From Trueperaceae bacterium (lineage in GTDB: Bacteria > Deinococcota > Deinococci > Deinococcales > Trueperaceae), in contig JAXHLW010000013.1 in the NCBI GenBank assembly GCA_034521815.1, forward strand, positions 96,001-160,000: 64,000 nucleotides of DNA, in the 5' to 3' direction. Positions 55,840-64,000 of the stretch are shown here, in pieces (the first letter of the stretch is position 1; each line of letters opens with the position of its first letter). The notes under the pieces are model-generated. The model saw only the letters and a list, made by a program, of their open reading frames with translations, was not told the origin of the DNA and did no database searches. A program made the translations under genes and the position numbers.

Positions 55840-56060
55840 GTCAGCGCCGATTCCGCGCGGGATGCCGCCGCGAGCGCATCGGCCCCTCCGACCTGGACGA
55901 GATCGCCTACCTCGAGCTGGCGTTTCCCGAATGCCCGACCTGCCCGCATCGCGTCGAGCCGGAGGGCGGTCCGTCGTTCTGCCGTTGGATCGCGACCGAT
56001 CGTCCGACTGCGTTCGAGGTGCTGGCCCGCTTCGACCTCGGCGAAGGCGACGCGACGTGA
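55836..56060 (+). CDS. Small Cys-rich hypothetical protein (74 aa)
   Basis: GTGA overlaps at both ends; GCRRE...[15 protein letters not shown]...FC. Confidence 0.7.
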   Translation: MSQRRFRAGCRRERIGPSDLDEIAYLELAFPECPTCPHRVEPEGGPSFCRWIATDRPTAFEVLARFDLGEGDAT

Positions 56061-57214
56061 GCCACGCGAAGCCACCGCGCGCGGACCCGAGCGAGGTAAA
56101 CCGGAACGAGGCGGACCGGAGCGAGGACGCTCAGCTGCGCAGCTTGCTCAAACGCGTGTGCGAGACGCCTGCCCCCACCTTCGACGAGGGCGCCCGCGCC
56201 ACGCTCGTCGAACAGCTGCTGCGCTCGTCCGGTGCGACGCCCCGTCGTGACGCCGTGGGGAACGTGCTCGCCTGGCTGCCGGGGGGTCACGGGCCCACCG
56301 TCGCCCTGGTCGCGCACCTCGACACCGTGTTCGGCGCCGACGTCGACGTTCGCGTGCGCGAGGAGAACGAGCGCTGCTGGAGGGCCCCTGGCATCGGCGA
56401 CAACTCCGCCAGCGTGGCGCAGCTGCTGCACCTCGCTGCGCAGGCGGATCGTGGCGCGCTGCTGGACCGTCCCAGGCTGCTGCTGGGCTTCACCGTCGGC
56501 GAGGAGGGGCTGGGCGACCTTCGCGGCGCCCGCCGACTGGTGGCCGACGTGGGCGCCGACCTCGACGCGTTCGTCGCGGTCGATGGCCACATGGGGTCGG
56601 TCGTCGACGCGGGCGTCGGGTCCCGGCGCCTGCGCGCCAGCTTCACCGCCCGCGGAGGGCACTCCTGGGGCGACTACCCGTCGCCCAGCGCGGTGCATGC
56701 GTTGGGCGACGCGGTCCATGCACTGACGCGGATTCCCGTGCCTGGCGCGCCCCGAAGCAGCCTGAACGTGGGCCAGGTGGGGGGTGGATCGGCCGTGAAC
56801 GCCATCGCGGCGTCGTCGTGGCTGACGCTGGACCTCAGGAGTCTCGATCGGGTCACGCTGGACACGCTGCGCGCCGAAGCCGAGAAGCGGCTTAGGAGCG
56901 TCGCCCGACGCCATCGCGTGGAGCTCGTCGTCGAGCCCGTCGGCGACCGGCCGGCGGGACGATCGGACGACGGGTGGCTGGCGGGGGCGGCCAGCGCCGC
57001 CTTGGAGGCGCACGGCGTGGCGTCGCGCATGGCGGCGAGCAGCACGGACGCCAACGCGGCGATGGCGGCCGGGATTCCGGCGGTGTGCCTCGGGGTGTAC
57101 GACGGCGGAGACGCGCATCGGCTGGAGGAGTGGCTCGATCCGACGTCCCTCGCCGTCGGAGCGTCGGTGCTGCGTGACCTGCTCGCTCGGCTGGCGGAAG
57201 GGCGGCGTGGCTGA
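56057..57214 (+). CDS. M20/M25/M40 family metallopeptidase
   Basis: AHLDTVF, PGIGDN, GEEGLGDL, GGHSW, STDAN, AH..EEW. Confidence 0.9.
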   Translation: MSHAKPPRADPSEVNRNEADRSEDAQLRSLLKRVCETPAPTFDEGARATLVEQLLRSSGATPRRDAVGNVLAWLPGGHGPTVALVAHLDTVFGADVDVRVREENERCWRAPGIGDNSASVAQLLHLAAQADRGALLDRPRLLLGFTVGEEGLGDLRGARRLVADVGADLDAFVAVDGHMGSVVDAGVGSRRLRASFTARGGHSWGDYPSPSAVHALGDAVHALTRIPVPGAPRSSLNVGQVGGGSAVNAIAASSWLTLDLRSLDRVTLDTLRAEAEKRLRSVARRHRVELVVEPVGDRPAGRSDDGWLAGAASAALEAHGVASRMAASSTDANAAMAAGIPAVCLGVYDGGDAHRLEEWLDPTSLAVGASVLRDLLARLAEGRRG

Positions 57215-57274
57215 CGGACGCGGGTCGCCTACGCGCGGGTCGCCTATGAACGGCGTCTCCGTCGCCTCGAGCGG

Positions 57275-57751
57275 CTAGCCGGTCGCGTCGTCTTTGCTGC
57301 CTGTGGGCGCTCTGCGCTCTCGGCGGGCGCTCAGGGCCAGCCGGTCCACCTGTTCGTTCTCGGGGTGGCCGTCGTGGCCTTTCGTCCAGCGCCACTCGAC
57401 GTCGTGGGTCGTCTCGAGCTCCAGCAGCGCTTCCCAGAGATCGCGGTTCTTCACGGCCGTTCGCGACGCGGTGCGCCAGCCGTTGCGTTGCCAGGTGTCC
57501 AGCCAGCCGTCGGTGAACGCCTTCTTCAGGTACTGAGAGTCGGTCACGAGCGTGACGCGACACGGCTCGCGCAAGGCGCGCAGGGCCTCCACCGCGGCGC
57601 CGAGCTCCATGCGGTTGTTCGTCGTGTTCGGCGCGAAGCCGCTGTCGCTGCGTACGTGGTCGCCGTAGCGGATGAGGTAGCCCCAGCCGCCGTCACCGCT
57701 TCCGGTGTCGCAGGAGCCGTCCGTCCAGATCGTCACGTGCTTGCGGGCCAT
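57275..57751 (-). CDS. rnhA: Ribonuclease HI
   Basis: TDGSC, GGWG, TTNNRMEL, TDSQY, VKNRDLW, KGHDGHPENEQVDRLA. Confidence 0.96.
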   Translation of the reverse strand: MARKHVTIWTDGSCDTGSGDGGWGYLIRYGDHVRSDSGFAPNTTNNRMELGAAVEALRALREPCRVTLVTDSQYLKKAFTDGWLDTWQRNGWRTASRTAVKNRDLWEALLELETTHDVEWRWTKGHDGHPENEQVDRLALSARRERRAPTGSKDDATG

Positions 57752-57933
57752 GGTCACAAGGGTACCCGTGCGACGGATACCCGTGCGACGGATCGACGAC
57801 GCGCGGTCCGTGGACGCGCACACCCAAGGCTGTACAACCTCTGTTCAATGATGTCGGGTGTCGATATCTGCGTGGTGCACGAAGTAACGACAATTCGACA
57901 CGTTCACGAACGTTCCGTACGACCCCTTTGGGC

Positions 57934-58010
57934 TTGACAAGCCTTGGACGCGGAGCTACACTTCGCTCAGTTGGACAAGGGTTCTACACAAGCCCTACGA
58001 CCCTTGGACA
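57934..58010 (+). promoter_or_regulatory. Sigma70 promoter plus CarH/LitR-type 11-bp direct-repeat operator
   Basis: TTGACA(57934)-17-TACACT(57957). TnnACA-type repeats at 57972/57983/57994/58005 (TGGACA, TCTACA, CCTACG, TGGACA) and at 57934/57945. Confidence 0.7.
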
Positions 58011-58030
58011 AACGGCCTTGGAGGCTCACG

Positions 58031-58930
58031 ATGGGACGCGGAAAATTCACCGTGAACGAAGTCGAGGAACGCACGGGCGTACCCGCCGCGACGCTTCGTC
58101 AGTGGGAGCGCCGCTACGGCTTTCCCCTTCCTGAACGATCCGACGCCGGGTACCGGCTCTACAGCGATGACGACATCCGGTGCATCGCTGCGATGAAGCG
58201 GCACATCGCCGACGGCGTGCCGGCCTCGCGCGCCGCGGAGCTCGCCAAGAACCTTCCAGGGCCCCACGCCTCCGGCGAAGGCCGGCCGGCGTCCGCGCTG
58301 CGCGACGACTTGGTCGACGCGCTCGTCGAGCTCGACGACCACGCCGCCGACCGCGTTCTGGGCGAAGCCCACGCGCTACACCCCGTCGAGGCCGTGATGA
58401 CGGACGTGCTTCAGCCCACCATGCTGGAGATCGGTCAGCGCTGGCACGACGGAACGCTCGCGACGACCACCGAGCACTTCGCGAGCAGCTACGTGCAGGG
58501 GCGTCTTCGCGCGCTGCTGTCGCTGGCCGGCCAGCACCGGCGGAGCCCAGGCGTGATCGTGGCCTGTGCACCGCTGGACCAGCACGAGCTCGGAGCGCTG
58601 ATGCTCGCCGTGATGCTGCGCCGACGCGGCTACCGCGTGACCTACGTGGGAGCGAACACGCCCGTCGCGGACCTCGCGGCGATGGCCCGGGATACGCAGC
58701 CGCTCGCGTTGATGATCTCGGCCTCGACCCAGGAGTCGCTGAACGAGCTCCGGGCCCGGCAGGAGCTTCTCGCCTCGGCAGCGCCGATCGTGGTGTTCGG
58801 CGGACCGGTGTTCAACCACGACCCGTCGGCCGCCGAGGAGCTCGGCGGGCACTACCTGGCCGAGAGCGTCGTCAGCGCCGTCGACCGGTTCGACGAGCTC
58901 GTACGACACCACGAGGTCGGGGTCGCATGA
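58031..58930 (+). CDS. litR: B12-dependent photoreceptor repressor LitR/CarH (MerR HTH plus cobalamin-binding domain)
   Basis: GVPAATLRQWERRYG..P.RS..GYRLY; W-x9-EH (RWHDGTLATTTEH); DQHELG; YVGANTP. Confidence 0.88.
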   Translation: MGRGKFTVNEVEERTGVPAATLRQWERRYGFPLPERSDAGYRLYSDDDIRCIAAMKRHIADGVPASRAAELAKNLPGPHASGEGRPASALRDDLVDALVELDDHAADRVLGEAHALHPVEAVMTDVLQPTMLEIGQRWHDGTLATTTEHFASSYVQGRLRALLSLAGQHRRSPGVIVACAPLDQHELGALMLAVMLRRRGYRVTYVGANTPVADLAAMARDTQPLALMISASTQESLNELRARQELLASAAPIVVFGGPVFNHDPSAAEELGGHYLAESVVSAVDRFDELVRHHEVGVA

Positions 58931-59082
58931 CCACCGTTACCGCTTCCACCGCCGCATCCTCCGCCGTAGCCACGTTCTCACCCTCTCACGCAGCCAGCGA
59001 GTCGTTCCCGTCCCCCGCCACGCACCGGCGCCACGCCGAGCCCGGCACCACGAAGGGCCGTCCGGCCCGAGGAGGTCTACCC

Positions 59083-59739
59083 GTGAACACCCCACTCCTG
59101 TACGACGCCCACACCCGCACCGACACCGTCGGCTCCCGCGAGGCGCTGCTGCCGAGCCAGGTGCTGGCGTTCCAGCGCAAGCAGGCGCTCTACCACCACG
59201 GCGACCCGGCCAACTCGGTGTTCCGGGTTCGCTCCGGACTGGTGCGCATCACCCGGATGACGCCGGAAGGTCGGATCCTCACGGTTCGGCACGTGCTGCC
59301 CGGCGACTACTTCGGCGAAGAGGCGTTCATGAGCGGTCAGCGCGAGGAGATGGCGGAAGCGCTGACCATCACCGAGATCGAAGCGATCGATCCCGAGCGC
59401 ATCGGGGGGGACGACCTGATGACGATCACGCGTTCACTGTCGAAGCAGATGCAGCGGCTGATGGACTACGAGTATCACCTGCAGACCGGCGATCTCAGGC
59501 AGCGGGTGTCGCGCTACCTGCTCACGCTGGCCGACACGCCGCTCGCCACCCGCGACGGCCGGGGCCGGCCGACGATCTCGGCGACCCACGAGCTGCTCGC
59601 GGAAGGGACCGCCTCGACCCGCGAGAGCGTCTCGAAGATCATCACCGAGCTTCGCGCGGACGGTCTGATCGAGTCCGGCTACCGCAGCATCACCGTCGTC
59701 GACGCCGGCAGCCTGGACGAGATCGCGCACGGATTCTGA
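59083..59739 (+). CDS. ldrP: CRP/FNR-family activator, LdrP-like (alternative in-frame start ATG 58927)
   Basis: AGGAGG then GTG 59083. GLVRI....GR.LTVRHVLPGDYFGEEA, LQTGDLRQR..RYLL.LADTP, THELLAEGTASTRESVSK. Directly follows litR. Confidence 0.8.
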   Translation: MNTPLLYDAHTRTDTVGSREALLPSQVLAFQRKQALYHHGDPANSVFRVRSGLVRITRMTPEGRILTVRHVLPGDYFGEEAFMSGQREEMAEALTITEIEAIDPERIGGDDLMTITRSLSKQMQRLMDYEYHLQTGDLRQRVSRYLLTLADTPLATRDGRGRPTISATHELLAEGTASTRESVSKIITELRADGLIESGYRSITVVDAGSLDEIAHGF

Positions 59740-59786
59740 ACGCCGCCCGCGCAGGACGTCGCTGCGCGCGCCAAAGAACGACGATG

Positions 59787-59823
59787 GGGAGGCCCGCCGC
59801 GCACGCGCGGCGGGCCTCCCTTC
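59787..59823. terminator. Strong hairpin between convergent ldrP and acpS
   Basis: gggaggcccgccgcgc-ac-gcgcggcgggcctccc-tt. Confidence 0.8.
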
Positions 59824-59836
59824 GGCCTCTGGATCG

Positions 59837-60205
59837 TCAGTCGGCGAGCTTCTCGAGCACGACCACCGCCGCGGCGTGATCTCGTGAATGGCTCAACGAC
59901 AGGTGCGCCACCAAGCCTTGCCGGTGCAGCTCCTGCGTGATCGCGCGGCTCCACGCCAGGTGAGGGGCGTGACCCTTGCGGACCACCCAGACGTCGCGCC
60001 AGCCGTGCGGATCCGGCCAGCACTTCTGGAACGCCTCCTTGGCCGCGAAGCGGGCCGCGAGCGATGGCACCGGATCGCGCTGCTCACGACAGTACGCCAC
60101 CTCGTCGGGGGTGAAATGCCGGGTCAGGAACCGCGTCGGATGACGGTCCAGCACACCTCGGATGCGAGCGAGCTCGACGAGATCGAGACCGACCGCGATG
60201 ATCAC
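59837..60205 (-). CDS. acpS: Holo-ACP synthase (4'-phosphopantetheinyl transferase)
   Basis: GLDLVE..RI, FT..E, AARFAAKEA, LSLSH. Confidence 0.92.
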   Translation of the reverse strand: MIIAVGLDLVELARIRGVLDRHPTRFLTRHFTPDEVAYCREQRDPVPSLAARFAAKEAFQKCWPDPHGWRDVWVVRKGHAPHLAWSRAITQELHRQGLVAHLSLSHSRDHAAAVVVLEKLAD

Positions 60206-60930
60206 GAGGGCCGAACGAGCCGCTCGACGGTCGTCTCGGACGCGGCGGTCTCGGACGCGGAGGTCTCTGAGGCGCCGGTCTCCGACGCGAGGTACGCGAC
60301 GTCCGCCATGCCCAAGAACAGGCCGTGGCCAAGCACGCCGGGCAGCCCGTCCAGCTCGGCCGCCAGGCGGTCGAGGTCCGCTTCGGTCGGCAGCGCGCAG
60401 TCCAGGATCGGGTTGCCGTTGTCCGACAGGAACGGCTCGGTCTCGCCGCCGCGAAGGCGTGGCTCCAGGCCAAGGGCGCGAAGCCGGTCTTCGGTGCGGG
60501 CGACGCCGAACGCCAGCACCTCGACCGGTAGCGGCGCCAGGGTGCCCAGCCGTGTCGAGCGCTTGCCGTCGTCGCCGATCAGGACGAAGCCGCGCGCCGA
60601 GGCCGCGACGATCTTCTCGCGGAGCAGCGCGCCGCCGAGACCCTTGATCGCGTTCAGCGCGCCGTCGAGCTCGTCCATCCCGTCGACGGCCAGGTCCACG
60701 CCTCCAGCGGGCAGGTCGATCAGCGGGATGCCCGTCTTTCGCGCCGTTCGTTCCGTCGCGCGCGACGTGGGCACGCCGCGCACGTCGGCGAGGTCGCCCG
60801 ACGCGATCCGGCGGCCCACGCCGAGAAGGAAGGCGTGCGCGGTCGTTCCCGAGCCGAGACCGAGCACCATGCCCGACTCGACGTCCTGAAGCGCGGCGTC
60901 GGCGGCGGCAGCCTTGCGAGCGTCGCTCAC
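60202..60930 (-). CDS. rpiA: Ribose-5-phosphate isomerase A (C-terminal ASET repeats)
   Basis: GLGSGTT, DG.DE, IKG.GGALLREK, PVEV, SDNGN.ILD, HGLF. Confidence 0.95.
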   Translation of the reverse strand: MSDARKAAAADAALQDVESGMVLGLGSGTTAHAFLLGVGRRIASGDLADVRGVPTSRATERTARKTGIPLIDLPAGGVDLAVDGMDELDGALNAIKGLGGALLREKIVAASARGFVLIGDDGKRSTRLGTLAPLPVEVLAFGVARTEDRLRALGLEPRLRGGETEPFLSDNGNPILDCALPTEADLDRLAAELDGLPGVLGHGLFLGMADVAYLASETGASETSASETAASETTVERLVRPS

Positions 60931-60931
60931 C

Positions 60932-61393
60932 TCAGTCCCGCAGGGCCTCGAGCTTGGCGCGGACCCGGTCCACGTGCCCGGTCGACTTGACGTTGCGCAT
61001 CGCCGCGGCCAGGGTGCCGTCCGGCGCGATGATGAACGTCGATCGCAACAGGCCGGTGACCTCCTTGCCGTACAGCTTCCGGGTCCCCCACGCGCCGTAC
61101 GCCTTGGCGATCTCGTGGTCCTCGTCGGACGCCAACGGGAAGGGAAGGCCGTGCTCGTCGGCGAACGAACGATGGCTGTCCACCGGGTCGGGCGAGACGC
61201 CCAGCACCTTGGCGTCGAGGCCCGGCAGCGCGTCCCGGAAGTCGCACGCCTCGGTGGTGCATCCCGACGTGAAGTCCTTCGGGTAGAAGTAGAGCACCAG
61301 CCAGTCGCCGCCGAAGTCCGACAGGGACACGGGTCCGTTCGTGGACTCCGCGCGGAAGTCCGGTGCTGGATCGCCTTGCTCGGGAGCGGTCAT
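60932..61393 (-). CDS. bcp: Peroxiredoxin Bcp/PrxQ
   Basis: LYFYPKDFTSGCTTEACDFRD, GVSPD, RSTFII. Confidence 0.93.
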   Translation of the reverse strand: MTAPEQGDPAPDFRAESTNGPVSLSDFGGDWLVLYFYPKDFTSGCTTEACDFRDALPGLDAKVLGVSPDPVDSHRSFADEHGLPFPLASDEDHEIAKAYGAWGTRKLYGKEVTGLLRSTFIIAPDGTLAAAMRNVKSTGHVDRVRAKLEALRD

Positions 61394-61467
61394 GCGCGTG
61401 AGCATACCGCGCGCTGCGCCCGCACGCCGACGACGCGCCGCCGGGTGCTGCAGGTAGGATGACGACC

Positions 61468-62052
61468 GTGACGAACGAGGCGCGACCCCCGATGCTGCTG
61501 GCCAGCGGCAGTCCACGGCGACGCGAGCTGCTCGCGGCGCTGGGCGTCCCGTTCGAGGTACGACCCGCCGACGTGGACGAGACCCCACGGGCCGACGAAG
61601 CCCCGCGGACCACGGCCGAGCGACTCGCTTCGGCCAAGGCGGACGTCGTCGCGAGCGGACGACCCGACGCGATGGTGCTGGCCGCCGACACGGTCGTGAT
61701 CCTGGACGGCCGCGCGCTGGGCAAGCCGCAGGACGAGGACGAGAACCGACGGTTCCTGCACGCCCTCGCCGGCGTACGGCACACCGTCGTCACGGCGCAC
61801 CACCTCCGCTGGGGCGAGCGACGCGCGGTCGCGTCGGTCGCCACCGAGGTTCGCCTCCGGGAGCTGAGCGAGGCGGAGATCGAGCGCTGGGTGCGAAGCG
61901 GCAACGGCCTCGACAAGGCGGGCGGCTACGCGATCCAGGACGTGGGGGCGGCGCTGGTCGCCGACCTGGACGGCTGCTACACCAACGTCGTCGGCCTCAG
62001 CCTCCCGGCCGTCGTGGCGGCCGCGCGCCGACTCGGGGTGGCCCTTGTCTAG
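61468..62052 (+). CDS. maf: Maf family nucleoside triphosphate pyrophosphatase (alternative start ATG 61459)
   Basis: LASGSPRRRELL, VDE, AADTVV, LGKP, DKAGGYAIQ, NVVGL; TAGGAT 7 nt before GTG 61468. Confidence 0.93.
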   Translation: MTNEARPPMLLASGSPRRRELLAALGVPFEVRPADVDETPRADEAPRTTAERLASAKADVVASGRPDAMVLAADTVVILDGRALGKPQDEDENRRFLHALAGVRHTVVTAHHLRWGERRAVASVATEVRLRELSEAEIERWVRSGNGLDKAGGYAIQDVGAALVADLDGCYTNVVGLSLPAVVAAARRLGVALV

Positions 62053-62827
62053 CTTCTTCCGTGCCTGGTACGTGTTCCTGGCGCTGGGTCTCGTCACCTT
62101 CGTCGCGACCGCGTTCGTCGGGCGCGCGCCGACGCTGCTGTCCGCGGCCGTCGCCATGCCGCACCAGATCCCCTACCGGCTGGGGGTCAACGCCAGGCAG
62201 ACGCTCGTCTCGCTGACCGACCGCCGGGACCTGCGCGCAGAGAACGCAGCGCTGCGCGAGGCGCTGGAGGCCGAGCGGGCCCTCACCCGCGAGCTGGAGC
62301 TCGAGACGGCCCGCCTGCGCGAAGTGCTCGCGATCCGCGAGGACCAGAGCCCGGGCGTGGTCACGACCGCGCCGGTGGTCGGCGGCAGCTCCGGCCTGAC
62401 GGTCGAGCGGCTGGTCCTCGGTGCCGGCGCGGGCGACGGCGTGGCCAAGAACATGCCGGTCACCGTCCCGGCGGGTCTGGTCGGCATCGTCGTCGACGTC
62501 GCCGGAGGACGGACGGTCGTCCGCACCATCCTCGATCCCGAATCGCGCGTCGGCGTCTCGGTCCGCGACAAGGGGGGACAGGGCGTCGCCGTCGGCGAGG
62601 TGGGAGGGCGCGTGCGTGTCGTCCGCTTCGTGCAGAGCGAGCCGGTCGAGGTGGGCGACGTGGTCGAGACGAGCAGCTACGGCGGGCTGTTCCCCCGCGG
62701 CGTCCGCGTCGGCATCGTCACCGAGGTCCTTCCCCCCGATCCGAACGACCTGCGCCGAAGCTTCCTGGTCCAGCCGGCGGTGGACCTGTCGACGCTCCTG
62801 CAGGTCGCGCTGATCGCGCCGCAGTGA
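62045..62827 (+). CDS. mreC: Rod shape-determining protein MreC
   Basis: N-terminal TM, coiled coil LRAENAALR, G...GV..NMPV....GLVG.V, GD.V.TS..GG.FP.G..VG, PAVD. Confidence 0.88.
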   Translation: MSSFFRAWYVFLALGLVTFVATAFVGRAPTLLSAAVAMPHQIPYRLGVNARQTLVSLTDRRDLRAENAALREALEAERALTRELELETARLREVLAIREDQSPGVVTTAPVVGGSSGLTVERLVLGAGAGDGVAKNMPVTVPAGLVGIVVDVAGGRTVVRTILDPESRVGVSVRDKGGQGVAVGEVGGRVRVVRFVQSEPVEVGDVVETSSYGGLFPRGVRVGIVTEVLPPDPNDLRRSFLVQPAVDLSTLLQVALIAPQ

Positions 62828-62857
62828 CCGCCACCTAGGCTGCCGCTCCCGCGCTGC

Positions 62858-64000
<1,143 letters not shown>

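Noticed and set aside
57855..57905. GTGTCGA...TCGACAC inverted repeat as an LdrP/CRP site
   Set aside because: Arms are ~30 bp apart and do not fit the TGTGA-N6-TCACA geometry; insufficient support.

Overview
High-GC bacterial chromosomal window. Gene content and promoter architecture (litR-ldrP pair, Rex operon, -10 boxes directly abutting start codons) suggest Deinococcota, possibly Trueperaceae-like; this is an inference. 1-8.7 kb is an ectoine/hydroxyectoine uptake and catabolism cluster (cystathionine gamma-synthase-like enzyme, hom, aldehyde dehydrogenase, ehuABCD, eutB, eutC) with an unannotated SD-led 41-codon ORF and phased repeats between ehuA and ehuB. It is followed by a Ca2+/Na+ antiporter, two damaged secreted-protein genes and tRNA-Ala(CGC). 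The rest is mostly core genome (heterodimeric ABC exporter, PASTA protein, ftsH, glgC, rlmN, TPR-SPOR-rex, polyprenyl synthase, rnr, carB, pheA, dynamin-like protein, DsbA, peptidases, rnhA, acpS, rpiA, bcp, maf, mreC, partial leuS). It also holds a GbsR/MarR-controlled Lol-like export operon, a stand-alone dsRNA-binding-domain protein, an unusual multi-domain protein behind rnr, and a B12 photoreceptor module (LitR/CarH plus LdrP) with a visible 11-bp-repeat operator. At least five single-base frameshifts and one noisy ~140-bp duplication suggest long-read assembly errors. No CRISPR array, integrase, transposase or rRNA was seen.
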